Shown in pieces: positions 1 through 8,301 of a stretch of DNA of 64,000 nucleotides (within the stretch, counting starts at the first letter, position 1; each line of letters starts with the position of its first letter). The notes under the pieces were generated by a model, which had not been told where the DNA came from, ran no database searches, and worked only from the letters and a program-made list of their open reading frames with translations. The position numbers and the translations under genes were made by a program. This DNA comes from Chloroflexi bacterium bin20 (GTDB lineage Bacteria > Chloroflexota > Anaerolineae > Aggregatilineales > Phototrophicaceae), in contig MPMG01000002.1 of NCBI GenBank assembly GCA_002238485.1, positions 52,689 to 116,688 on the forward strand, in the 5' to 3' direction.

Positions 1-182
1 CCGCTGTTGAAGGCCGGCTGCCCACAGCAAGTCTGCGCTGGCGGGAAGACCACGCGCGCGCCCACATGCTCGAGGATATCGACGACAGACATGCCCGTGT
101 CTGGATACACCATATCGACGATGCAGGTGACAAACAAGGAAACGACCTTGCCTTTGGGCGATTCGCGCGCGGGGAGTGCCAT
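1..182 (-). CDS. lutA: LutA/YkgE-like Fe-S oxidoreductase (CCG domain), 5' part only; gene runs off the left edge
   Basis: Own translation of the minus strand from ATG at 182: MALPARESPKGKVVSLFVTCIVDMVYPDTGMSVVDILEHVGARVVFPPAQTCCGQPAFNSG. This matches the remembered N-terminal KV.LFVTC.VD...Q.CCGQPA.NSG signature of LutA/YkgE/GlcF-type proteins. Not in the ORF track (partial, short). Confidence 0.6.
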   Translation of the reverse strand, partial: MALPARESPKGKVVSLFVTCIVDMVYPDTGMSVVDILEHVGARVVFPPAQTCCGQPAFNS

Positions 183-243
183 GCGCCACTCTTTCGTTGT
201 GTGTGTAAAACGCGCGGCTATTGTAGCACAGGGACAGATTTGT

Positions 244-364
244 CCACCCCCTCGGTCCGCCCGACAGGGGTGTCGGGGCGATGCTTGTATCGCCCACGCT
301 GGCCATGTCGCAATCGGGCGAGACAAGTCTCGTCCCTATAAGGAATCTCTGTGCCTTTGCGGCT
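244..364. repeat. composite intergenic repeat (module Y-like + module X hairpins + module Z) in the lutA/xylA divergent region
   Basis: ccaccccctcggtccgcccgacaggggtgtcgggg, ggggcgatgcttgtatcgccc, gggcgagacaagtctcgtccctata, aggaatctctgtgcctttgcggct. Confidence 0.75.
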
Positions 365-475
365 ACCTGTCGCATGACACAGATATTTCCATTGCGGCAG
401 TTTATCTTTACCTCGCGCAGGCAGGCGCCACGCGCTACAATGACCGCACTTCTCAGCGAACAGAGGACAGCCCAA

Positions 476-1642
476 ATGGCGGATTACAGCCCACGCCCAG
501 AGCACAAATTCACCTTCGGCTTGTGGACGGTCGGCAATATCGGGCGAGACCCATTCGGCGAGCCAACCCGCGAGCCCATCTCGCCCGTGCAGATCGTGCA
601 TATGCTGGCCGATGTCGGCGCATGGGGAGTCAACCTGCACGACAACGACCTCGTGCCTATCGATGCCACAAGCGCCGAACGCGACCAGATCGTCGCCGAT
701 TTCAAAGCCGCCATGCAGGCAACCGGCATCGTCTGTCCTATGGCGACCACCAATCTCTTCGCCGACCCCGCTTTCAAAGACGGCGCATTCACCAGCAACG
801 ACCCGGCTGTGCGCGCCTATGCCCTGCAAAAGACCATGCGCTCTATGGACTTGGGCGCAGAGCTGGGCGCGGAAGTGTATGTCTTCTGGGGCGGCCGCGA
901 AGGCGCGGAATGCGACAGCGCAAAAAATCCCGCCGATAGTATCAAACGCATGCGCGATGCCCTCAACTTCCTCTGCGAATATTCCAAAGACCAAGGCTAT
1001 GCCTACCGGTTCGCGCTGGAGCCCAAGCCCAACGAGCCGCGCAGCGATATCTACTTCCCGACCGTCGGCAGCATGCTGGGCTTCATCGCCACACTGGACG
1101 ATGCGGACATGGTCGGCGTCAATCCAGAAGTCGCGCATGAACACATGGCGGGCCTGAATTTCATGCACGCAGTGGCGCAGGCCTGGGATGCCGGCAAGCT
1201 CTTCCACATCGACCTCAACGACCAGATGTTTGGACGCTACGACCAGGACTTCCGTTTTGGCAGCATGATGATCAAACAGAACTTTCACCTGGTGCGCTTT
1301 TTGGAAGATGTCGGCTATGACGGCAGCCGCCACTTTGACGCCCACGCCTACCGCAGCTCTGGCTATGACGATGTCAGGGAATTCGCGCGCGGCTGCATGC
1401 GCAGTTACCTGATTTTCAAAGAAAAAGCCGCGCAATTCAACGCCGATGCCGAGGTGCAGGCGCTGCTAACAGAGATCAACGCCGACGATGGCGCGACAGC
1501 CTACCTGGCAGATGGCTACAGCCCCGATGCCGCCGCCCGCCTGAAAGCCACCGAATTCGACCGTCAGACGCTGGGCGCGCGCAGCCTGCCCTACGAGCGA
1601 CTCGACCAACTGACCTTCGATATCCTGCTGGGGGTGCGCTAA
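476..1642 (+). CDS. xylA: xylose isomerase, class I (short, actinobacterial type)
   Basis: Frame of ORF 281..1642. Start moved to ATG 476 (AGAGGA 8 nt upstream), giving 388 aa. N-terminus [32 protein letters not shown] and FHIDLNDQ fit class I XylA. The upstream part of the ORF overlaps an intergenic repeat. Confidence 0.9.
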   Translation: MADYSPRPEHKFTFGLWTVGNIGRDPFGEPTREPISPVQIVHMLADVGAWGVNLHDNDLVPIDATSAERDQIVADFKAAMQATGIVCPMATTNLFADPAFKDGAFTSNDPAVRAYALQKTMRSMDLGAELGAEVYVFWGGREGAECDSAKNPADSIKRMRDALNFLCEYSKDQGYAYRFALEPKPNEPRSDIYFPTVGSMLGFIATLDDADMVGVNPEVAHEHMAGLNFMHAVAQAWDAGKLFHIDLNDQMFGRYDQDFRFGSMMIKQNFHLVRFLEDVGYDGSRHFDAHAYRSSGYDDVREFARGCMRSYLIFKEKAAQFNADAEVQALLTEINADDGATAYLADGYSPDAAARLKATEFDRQTLGARSLPYERLDQLTFDILLGVR

Positions 1643-1648
1643 CGGTTT

Positions 1649-1693
1649 ACCCCCCTCGGTCCTCCCCCCGAAAAGTCGGGGGGAAGCGCAATC
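1649..1693. repeat. module Y hairpin (9-bp stem TCCCCCCGA/TCGGGGGGA, loop AAAG) 20 nt after the xylA stop
   Basis: acccccctcggtcctccccccgaaaagtcggggggaagcgcaatc, with the stem at 1663-1671 and 1676-1684. No U-tract follows. A module Z-like stretch follows at 1751-1846 (cctttgtgtcctttgtgtctttgtggttacgatttgcatgg). Confidence 0.8.
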
Positions 1694-1869
1694 TGCGGGA
1701 CTGGGATTTAGCTGAAAGCGCAGCTAATCACGAGATAGAACATAGAACACAAGGATTTTCCTCTGCGTCTCCGCGCCACTGTGGCAAAGAACCTTTAATG
1801 CCTTTGTGTCCTTTGTGTCTTTGTGGTTACGATTTGCATGGTTGACTCTGATCTACTGAGGATGGATTC

Positions 1870-3255
1870 ATGACCAAAATCACCTTCATCGGCGCAGGCA
1901 GCACCGTCTTCGCCAAAAGCCTCATGGGCGATATCTGGAGCTACCCCGAGCTGGCAGACGCCACCATCTGCCTGATGGACATCGACGCCAAACGCCTGCG
2001 CCAATCGCAGCAAGTGGCGGGGCATATCATCGCGGCGCTGGGCAATGAGCCGATCGTCGAATGCACCACCGACCGCCAGCAAGCCCTGCAAGACGCCGAT
2101 TATGTCATCTGCATGATCCAGGTGGGCGGATACGAGCCAGCCACAGTCATCGACTTCGAGATACCGAAGAAATATGGCCTGCGCCAGACCATCGCCGACA
2201 CGCTGGGCATTGGCGGCATCATGCGTGGCTTGCGCACCATCCCCGTGCTGCTGGATATCGCCCGCGATATGCAGGAGATCTGCCCGGATGCGCTGCTGAT
2301 CAACTACGCCAACCCCATGTGCATGAATCAGTGGGCATTGAGCCGCTCGGCAGACATCGCCAGCGTCGGCTTGTGCCACAGCGTGCCCGGCACAGCGCAT
2401 GAACTGGCGCGCGATATCGGCTTGCCAGACGCCGACATCAAGTACTTGGTGGCGGGCATCAACCACATGGCTTTCTATCTCAAGTTCGAGCGGCGCTCCA
2501 CAGGCGAAGACCTGTACCCCCTGCTGCGGCGCGTGGCTGACGAAGGTCGCGTCCCCAAATGGAATCGCGTGCGTTACGAAATGTTGAATCGACTGGGTTA
2601 TTTCGTGACCGAATCCAGCGAACATTTCAGCGAATATGTACCTTACTTCATCAAGTCGAGCGCGCCGGAACTGGTCGAGCGCTTCAACATCCCGCTGGAC
2701 GAATACATCGAGCGCTGCAAAGCCGGCATTATCAGCTGGCAGTTGCTGGAGAAAGCCGAAAGCGAAGGGCGCATCCCCAGCGAAGCCGAGATCATGGAGG
2801 CGCTGGCGGATACCAAGCCCATGCACAAGAGCTGGACTGTGCACAGCATCCGCAACTTGAACAAGGTCGAGCGCAGCGTGGAATATGGCTCGCTGATCAT
2901 TCACAGCATGGAGACGGGCGCGGCGCGCACGATCTATGGCAATGTGCCCAACACCGGCATCATCGACAACCTGCCCGCTGGCTGCTGTGTCGAAGTGCCT
3001 TGCCTGGTCGATGGCAACGGCGTTCAGCCCACGCGCATCGGCGAACTCCCGCCGCACCTGGCCGCCCTCATGCAAAGCAATATCAATGTGCAGTCGCTGA
3101 CAGTCGAAGCGGCGCTGACCAACAAGCGCGAGCATATCTATCACGCCGCCATGCTCGACCCGCACACCGCCGCCGAACTCACGTTGGATGAAATCTGGTC
3201 CATGGTGGACGAGCTGATCGAAGCGCACGGCGATTATCTGCCTGCCTATCGCTGA
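1870..3255 (+). CDS. melA: GH4 alpha-galactosidase (NAD+/Mn2+-dependent, MelA-like)
   Basis: 461 aa, colinear with E. coli MelA as remembered: KITFIGAGSTVF Rossmann start, GLCHSV, VAGINHMAFYL, RYEMLNRLGYFVTESSEHFSEY, NLPAGCCVEVPCLVD. GAGGA RBS 7 nt upstream. Confidence 0.85.
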   Translation: MTKITFIGAGSTVFAKSLMGDIWSYPELADATICLMDIDAKRLRQSQQVAGHIIAALGNEPIVECTTDRQQALQDADYVICMIQVGGYEPATVIDFEIPKKYGLRQTIADTLGIGGIMRGLRTIPVLLDIARDMQEICPDALLINYANPMCMNQWALSRSADIASVGLCHSVPGTAHELARDIGLPDADIKYLVAGINHMAFYLKFERRSTGEDLYPLLRRVADEGRVPKWNRVRYEMLNRLGYFVTESSEHFSEYVPYFIKSSAPELVERFNIPLDEYIERCKAGIISWQLLEKAESEGRIPSEAEIMEALADTKPMHKSWTVHSIRNLNKVERSVEYGSLIIHSMETGAARTIYGNVPNTGIIDNLPAGCCVEVPCLVDGNGVQPTRIGELPPHLAALMQSNINVQSLTVEAALTNKREHIYHAAMLDPHTAAELTLDEIWSMVDELIEAHGDYLPAYR

Positions 3256-3292
3256 GTCCCTGCCCATAATCTCAGAAGGAAGAGGAAATCGC

Positions 3293-4711
3293 ATGGCGCA
3301 AAAGAACCTGATCGGTGGAGAATGGCGCGGCAGCGACGATGTGCTGGAAGTGCGCTTCCCCTACGATGGCAGCGTGGTCGGCGCGGTCTCGATGGCGTCT
3401 CGGCAAGATATGGACGATGCCATGGCGGCGGCAGCGCGCGGCTTTGAAGTAACGCGTCAACTGCCCAGCCACCGCCGCAGCGAGATCTTGCAGAATATGG
3501 GGCGTTTGCTCCGGGAACGTTTCGACGAAGTTGTCGAGGCGATGATCCTGGAAGGCGGCAAGAACCGCAAAACCGCCATTGGCGAGACGACTCGCGCCCT
3601 CGAGACCATCAAAGTCTCGGGCGAAGAAGCGCGGCGCATCGGTGGCGAGGTCTTCAGCATCGACTGGACGCCCGCCGGCGAGAATCGTCAGGGTTTTACG
3701 CGCCGTCTGCCTATCGGCGCCGTGCTGGGCATCACGCCCTTCAATTACCCAGTCAACCTGGCCTGCCACAAGATCGGCCCTGCCATCGCCGCGGGCAACA
3801 GCTTCATCATCAAGCCAGCCGAGAAAACGCCCCTGTCTTCGCTCATCCTGGCTGAAATTGTGCTGGAAGCCGGCTATCCGCCCGAAGCCTTCAGCGTGCT
3901 CAACGCCTGGGCACGCGATACCGAAAGCATGGTGACCGACCCGCGCATTGCCATGATCAGCTTCACGGGCAGTTCGGCAGTCGGCTGGATGCTCAAAGCC
4001 AAAGCCGGGCAGAAGAAAGTAACGTTGGAACTGGGCGGCAATGCTGGCGTGATCGTGCACAGCGATGCCGACCTGGACGCTGCGGCGGCGCAGACTGCGG
4101 CGGGCGGATTCGCCAATGCCGGGCAGAATTGCATCTCCGTGCAGCGGCTGCTCATCCAGCGCGACGTCTTTGAAGACTTCGCCGACCGTTTTGTCGAGCA
4201 GGTCAAATCGCTGAAAGTGGGCGACCCGCGTGATCCCGATGTTGATATCGGGCCGCTGATCAGCGAGCGCGATGCGATACGCGCCGAAGCTTGGGTGAAC
4301 GAGGCGCAGAAGGCTGGCGCGTCGGTTCTGCTGGGCGGCGCGCGGCAGGGTACGCTCCTCCCGCCGCATGTCATGACTGAAACCGCGCCCGATATGCGCG
4401 TCAACTGCGAAGAGGTCTTTGCGCCCGTGGTGACGTTGAGCGCCTATGAAGCCTGGGAGGATGCCGTCGCCACGATCAACGACAGCCCCTATGGCTTGCA
4501 GGCGGGGGTCTTCACGCGCGATATCGGGCGAATCATGGATGCCTGGCAGCGCATTGAAGTGGGCGGCTTGCAGGTCAACCAGGCATCGACCTTCCGCGTC
4601 GACCACATGCCCTATGGCGGCGTCAAAGCCTCGGGTTATGGCCGGGAAGGCCTGCGCTATGCCATTGAAGACATGACCGATCTGCGCCTGATGGTCTTGA
4701 ATCTGGGCTGA
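3293..4711 (+). CDS. NAD(P)-dependent aldehyde dehydrogenase
   Basis: 472 aa with ALDH superfamily motifs FTGSSAVG, ELGGNAG (catalytic Glu), GQNCISVQR (catalytic Cys) and PYGGVKASG. GGAAGAGGA RBS. Confidence 0.85.
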   Translation: MAQKNLIGGEWRGSDDVLEVRFPYDGSVVGAVSMASRQDMDDAMAAAARGFEVTRQLPSHRRSEILQNMGRLLRERFDEVVEAMILEGGKNRKTAIGETTRALETIKVSGEEARRIGGEVFSIDWTPAGENRQGFTRRLPIGAVLGITPFNYPVNLACHKIGPAIAAGNSFIIKPAEKTPLSSLILAEIVLEAGYPPEAFSVLNAWARDTESMVTDPRIAMISFTGSSAVGWMLKAKAGQKKVTLELGGNAGVIVHSDADLDAAAAQTAAGGFANAGQNCISVQRLLIQRDVFEDFADRFVEQVKSLKVGDPRDPDVDIGPLISERDAIRAEAWVNEAQKAGASVLLGGARQGTLLPPHVMTETAPDMRVNCEEVFAPVVTLSAYEAWEDAVATINDSPYGLQAGVFTRDIGRIMDAWQRIEVGGLQVNQASTFRVDHMPYGGVKASGYGREGLRYAIEDMTDLRLMVLNLG

Positions 4712-4856
4712 GGCTATCTCCATCCCAGAACTCAGCCCACAGTTACTATTGGTTCGTGACTTTGGTATGCAAAGTTGTGCTGTGTTCCATACCACGCGAC
4801 AGAAGGTGAATAGAAACACACATCAACAGAAATAGAACAGTTGGTCAAAAATGTGC

Positions 4857-4885
4857 TTGACACATTGTGCCAAGAATGTTATCCT
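4857..4885 (+). promoter_or_regulatory. sigma70-like promoter of the methyltransferase operon (TTGACA-17-TATCCT)
   Basis: TTGACA at 4857-4862, a 17-nt spacer, then TATCCT at 4880-4885. Lies in an AT-rich stretch about 20 nt upstream of the GAGGA RBS (4893-4897) and ATG 4908. Confidence 0.45.
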
Positions 4886-4902
4886 CGTACACGAGGATAA
4901 CA
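4877..4902. promoter_or_regulatory. perfect 12-2-12 palindrome TGTTATCCTCGT-AC-ACGAGGATAACA overlapping the -10 box and RBS
   Basis: Read directly from the sequence. The left arm covers the putative -10 box and the right arm contains the GAGGA RBS. Confidence 0.6.
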
Positions 4903-4907
4903 TTCAA

Positions 4908-5954
4908 ATGAGCGACCAGCTAGATTTCTTCAATGCAACTCCAGAGGGTCTCGCGCCTGTGTGTCTTAGTGCGCAGCGTAGGCAAGACAACGATTGGACA
5001 TGCGCTGATTTCTTTTGTGGCATTGGCGGTTTTCATGTTGCGGCGCGTAACCTCGGTTTGAGAGTAGTTGTCGCATGTGATATAGATGAGCACGCTCAAC
5101 ATGCGTATCATGAAAACTATGGCTTGAAGCCGTTGGGCGATATAGTTGCAATTGATCCAAATGACGTGCCCGACTTCGACTTCCTCTTTGGTGGTTTTCC
5201 CTGTCAACCCTTTTCCATAATTGGGCAGCGACGCGCCTTTGCCGACCCAAGAGGCGTCATGTTTTTTCAGTTGCTGAAATTCATCCGCGCCAAGCGGCCA
5301 ATCGGTGTAGTACTGGAAAATGTCAAGCAGTTGTCAACGATTGCGAAAGGGCAGGTGTTGCAGCGCATCCTGGACGACATTTCTTCGTTGGGCTATTCGG
5401 TAGACTCCAAAGTTCTCAACGCGCTACACTTCGGTCTTCCACAGAAGAGAGAGCGAACAATCATTGTCGCTTCACTCCTCCCGTTCAGAACCTTCCCGTG
5501 GCCAGTGAAAGTTGCGGCAAGGAAACCTCTCAGTGAGATTCTGGAGGCAAATCCTCCGGACAAATACTTTGTTTCTGAACGCATACGCAGAAAGCGACGC
5601 GAGGCGCATACTGCAAAGGTCACGCCGGCGATCTGGCATGAAAACAAGGGTGGCAATGTCTCAAGCCACGAGTGGTCTTGCGCGCTACGGGCGGGAGCTT
5701 CGCATAATTACTTGCTCGTTGACGGGATTCGGCGATTGACGCCAAGAGAACAACTTAGGCTTCAAGGGTTTCCTGACGACTTCAAGATAGTTTGCAGCGA
5801 CGCGCAAACAAGAAAACAGGCAGGCAATGCCGTGCCAGTGCCAATGGTGCAAGCAGTTATGGAAAGGCTGGTGGATCATATTGAAACCCCCGAGATTGCG
5901 TGGCAACCGTTCACGCCGCAACCATCCATACCCACTTGGCCAGATTCCCGATGA
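4908..5954 (+). CDS. DNA (cytosine-5)-methyltransferase
   Basis: Motif I DFFCGIGGF, motif IV GGFPCQPFS, motif VI ENVKQL, motif VIII QKRERTIIV, RRLTPRE, motif X GNAVPVPM. Start placed at ATG 4908 (MSDQLDFF). The ORF-track ATG 4851 lies upstream of the predicted -35 box. Confidence 0.9.
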   Translation: MSDQLDFFNATPEGLAPVCLSAQRRQDNDWTCADFFCGIGGFHVAARNLGLRVVVACDIDEHAQHAYHENYGLKPLGDIVAIDPNDVPDFDFLFGGFPCQPFSIIGQRRAFADPRGVMFFQLLKFIRAKRPIGVVLENVKQLSTIAKGQVLQRILDDISSLGYSVDSKVLNALHFGLPQKRERTIIVASLLPFRTFPWPVKVAARKPLSEILEANPPDKYFVSERIRRKRREAHTAKVTPAIWHENKGGNVSSHEWSCALRAGASHNYLLVDGIRRLTPREQLRLQGFPDDFKIVCSDAQTRKQAGNAVPVPMVQAVMERLVDHIETPEIAWQPFTPQPSIPTWPDSR

Positions 5955-6615
5955 AGTCCTACACAAGATCGGAAGACAGATTGTCCACAGACTTGCCATA
6001 GGCGTGGGAGACATTTCCGGTGACGATTTTGCCACGATCTTCGCCAACAGCATCGACGGCGAACATCGCAGCAGCCCAATCGGCGTTGCGGATGTTGAAT
6101 GGAATGGTTGCGCTTGGTCAGCGAAGACAATCAAAGACAAGTCGCCTTTTGCCAAGTCTAAAGTGCGGCTAATTTCCGGGCGCAACTCTCCAGACTACTC
6201 AATGGGGATTGATGACCCTCACGCCGACATCAATGAGACAGGCAAAGCAGTGTTGTCCATATGGAACTCGCGCCTGGACGAAGCACTCGACGAACATGAC
6301 GACCTTCGTATTATTGTTCTCGTACGCAACATAGACACTCGCGAATTTCTTCTGTTTGAGGAAGAAGCCCAGAGGTTTGTGCCTGGAGAATATGCTTGGT
6401 CCTACAATAAAAGGAGAAACCTTCAAGGTTTGCATAAGCAGTCAGGCAAGCATATCTTCACGTGGCAGTTTCACGGCTCTCAATTCACAATTTTTCGCGA
6501 TGTGCCGTCATCTTCTCGTCGTTTCAGAATCGTCCCCGATGTGCCGACATTAAGTGAAGCTGGCATTCTGGAGGCTATGAAGTTTACTACCGATTGGATT
6601 GGCATTCTCCAATGA
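5827..6615 (+). CDS. putative type II restriction endonuclease (family not recognised); start uncertain
   Basis: Sandwiched between the m5C MTase and vsr. Its 5' end overlaps the MTase 3' end, and its TGA overlaps the vsr ATG (ATGA). Possible PD-(D/E)xK-like stretch PIGVADVEWNGCAWSAKTIK. Candidate starts are ATG 5827, TTG 5881 (GGTGGA 7 nt upstream) and TTG 5896. The role is inferred from context only. Confidence 0.5.
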   Translation: MPCQCQWCKQLWKGWWIILKPPRLRGNRSRRNHPYPLGQIPDEVLHKIGRQIVHRLAIGVGDISGDDFATIFANSIDGEHRSSPIGVADVEWNGCAWSAKTIKDKSPFAKSKVRLISGRNSPDYSMGIDDPHADINETGKAVLSIWNSRLDEALDEHDDLRIIVLVRNIDTREFLLFEEEAQRFVPGEYAWSYNKRRNLQGLHKQSGKHIFTWQFHGSQFTIFRDVPSSSRRFRIVPDVPTLSEAGILEAMKFTTDWIGILQ

Positions 6616-7019
6616 CAGATAATGTGTCGCCCGAAGTCAGAAGCAGAATAATGGCTCGCGTCAAGTCAAAGGGCATGAAGCCTGAAATGACCGTGCGGCG
6701 TCTGCTGCATGGACTTGGCTACCGTTACCGCTTGCACAGAGCTGATCTGCCAGGCCGACCCGACTTGGTGTTTTCGTCACGTCGAAAGGTCGTTTTTGTA
6801 AATGGATGCTTTTGGCACTTACACAGCAACTGCAAAAAAGTGCGAATCCCTACCGCGAATCGAGACTACTGGACCGCCAAGCTCAGACGAAACAGTGACC
6901 GAGACAAGCGGAATCTCGCATTGCTGGCAGAGTTGGGCTGGGAAGCAACCACCGTTTGGGAATGCCAGCTGGACGACTTGGATAGCGTTGCCACAAGGCT
7001 AGTGGATTTCCTAGATTGA
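6612..7019 (+). CDS. vsr: very-short-patch repair endonuclease
   Basis: MTDNVSPEVRSRIMARVKSKGMKPEMTVRRLLHGLGYRYRLH...VFVNGCFWHLH...NRDYWTAKLRRNSDRDKRN...GWEATTVWECQL is the canonical Vsr pattern. ATG 6612 overlaps the upstream stop codon. Confidence 0.9.
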   Translation: MTDNVSPEVRSRIMARVKSKGMKPEMTVRRLLHGLGYRYRLHRADLPGRPDLVFSSRRKVVFVNGCFWHLHSNCKKVRIPTANRDYWTAKLRRNSDRDKRNLALLAELGWEATTVWECQLDDLDSVATRLVDFLD

Positions 7020-7105
7020 CGCGCACCGCTTGTAACGATCTTAATCTGCATTGAATCTCACATTACCATTGCATTGATGGCACATGCGTCGTACACTGCA
7101 AATTG

Positions 7106-7127
7106 TGATTGGGAGCGCTCCCAGTCA
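7106..7127. promoter_or_regulatory. LacI-family operator-like palindrome TGATTGGGAGC|GCTCCCAGTCA (perfect 14-bp core TGGGAGCGCTCCCA)
   Basis: Read directly. 10 of 11 arm positions are symmetric and the centre is CG, as in symmetric lac-type operators. Lies 40 nt upstream of the lacI-family ATG at 7167. Confidence 0.55.
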
Positions 7128-7166
7128 CTGGGAATTGTTCTGGGACAACTATCGCTGCGGATTTGC

Positions 7167-8186
7167 ATGAAACGTTGGACTTTGGAAGACATCGGCAAAT
7201 TGGCAGGCGTATCGCGCTCGACCGTGTCGCGCGTCATCAACGACCAGCCGCATACCAGCCCAGCCGTTCGCCAGCGCGTCGAGCAAGTCATCCGCGAAAC
7301 CGGCTACCAGCCCAACTCAGCCGCCCGCAGCCTCGCCAGCAGCCAGTCGCGCATTCTTGGGCTGGTCATGCCCAGCATATTGCAATCCGCCTTTGCAGAC
7401 CCCTATTACGCCCTGATCATCCAAGCCATCTCGCACGCCTGCAACCAGCACGACTACACGCCATCGCTCTTTCTGTTCCAAAGCGCCGACGAAGAAGCCA
7501 AAATGAGCCAGCGACTGGTCGGCAGCGGGCTGATTGACGGGCTTATCGTCACCGCCGACACAATCGACAGCCAGTTCGTGCAGATGATCCAGCCCTACGA
7601 CATCCCTTTCGTGCAGATCGGCCGCCCACTGCGCGAATCGGCGGCTTTCATCAGCTATGTCGATGTGGACAACGAAGCCGGCGCCTACCTGGCCGCCAGC
7701 CATCTAATTCAGCAAGGCTATCGACGTATCGGGCAGCTGGCCACCTTGCACAACACAGCCGGGCACGACCGCGATGCCGGCTTTCGACGCGCCCTGCTCG
7801 ACCGTGGCTTGCCTATCGACGAATCGCTGATTGCCCTCAGCAGCTTCAGCGAAGCCAGCGGCTACCAGGCAATGGAAACTTTGCTGCATCAAGAGCCAGA
7901 TGCCGTGTTCGCCCAGTCGGATGCGATTGCCTTGGGCGCCATCCGCGCCATCCGCGATCATGACCTGCGCGTGCCCGAAGATATCGCCGTAGTGGGCTTT
8001 GACGACATGCCCCTGGCCGCCAGCGCCAGCCCGCCCCTCACCACCGTGCGCCAGCCCATCGCTCGCACCGGCAAACTGGCGGTGGAATCTTTGCTGGATA
8101 TCGTCCAGACATCGCCACAGCCAGCCCGCCACATCGTTTTGCCTGTCGAGTTAGTCATCCGTGCCAGCAGCGGCGCGGTTAGCTAG
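7167..8186 (+). CDS. LacI-family transcriptional regulator
   Basis: N-terminal HTH TLEDIGKLAGVSRSTVSRVINDQ, a sugar-binding-fold body, and VVGFDDMPLA. Start moved to ATG 7167 within ORF 7074..8186. Confidence 0.9.
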   Translation: MKRWTLEDIGKLAGVSRSTVSRVINDQPHTSPAVRQRVEQVIRETGYQPNSAARSLASSQSRILGLVMPSILQSAFADPYYALIIQAISHACNQHDYTPSLFLFQSADEEAKMSQRLVGSGLIDGLIVTADTIDSQFVQMIQPYDIPFVQIGRPLRESAAFISYVDVDNEAGAYLAASHLIQQGYRRIGQLATLHNTAGHDRDAGFRRALLDRGLPIDESLIALSSFSEASGYQAMETLLHQEPDAVFAQSDAIALGAIRAIRDHDLRVPEDIAVVGFDDMPLAASASPPLTTVRQPIARTGKLAVESLLDIVQTSPQPARHIVLPVELVIRASSGAVS

Positions 8187-8301
8187 TTTTGCCCAAACTG
8201 ACAAGGAGGTAAACATCGCAGCCAAATACCCAAACCGCCAGTGCCAGCTATGCTCTGGCAGCTTGTGTCCATGTTATACCTACGCCAAAAGGAGCAACAC
8301 C

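Noticed and set aside
4851-4907. The ORF-track start of the methyltransferase at ATG 4851 (MCLTHCAKNVILVHEDNIQ...).
   Set aside because: This ATG lies immediately upstream of, and partly within, the best promoter candidate (TTGACA 4857-4862). The extension would translate the promoter and palindrome. ATG 4908 has a GAGGA RBS and gives a normal distance to motif I.
4712-7074. Looked for an integrase, transposase, tRNA attachment site or flanking direct repeats bounding the restriction-modification/Vsr island.
   Set aside because: None found. The only shared flanking string is a short TCGTACAC-like match (about 4886 and about 7089), too short to be meaningful.
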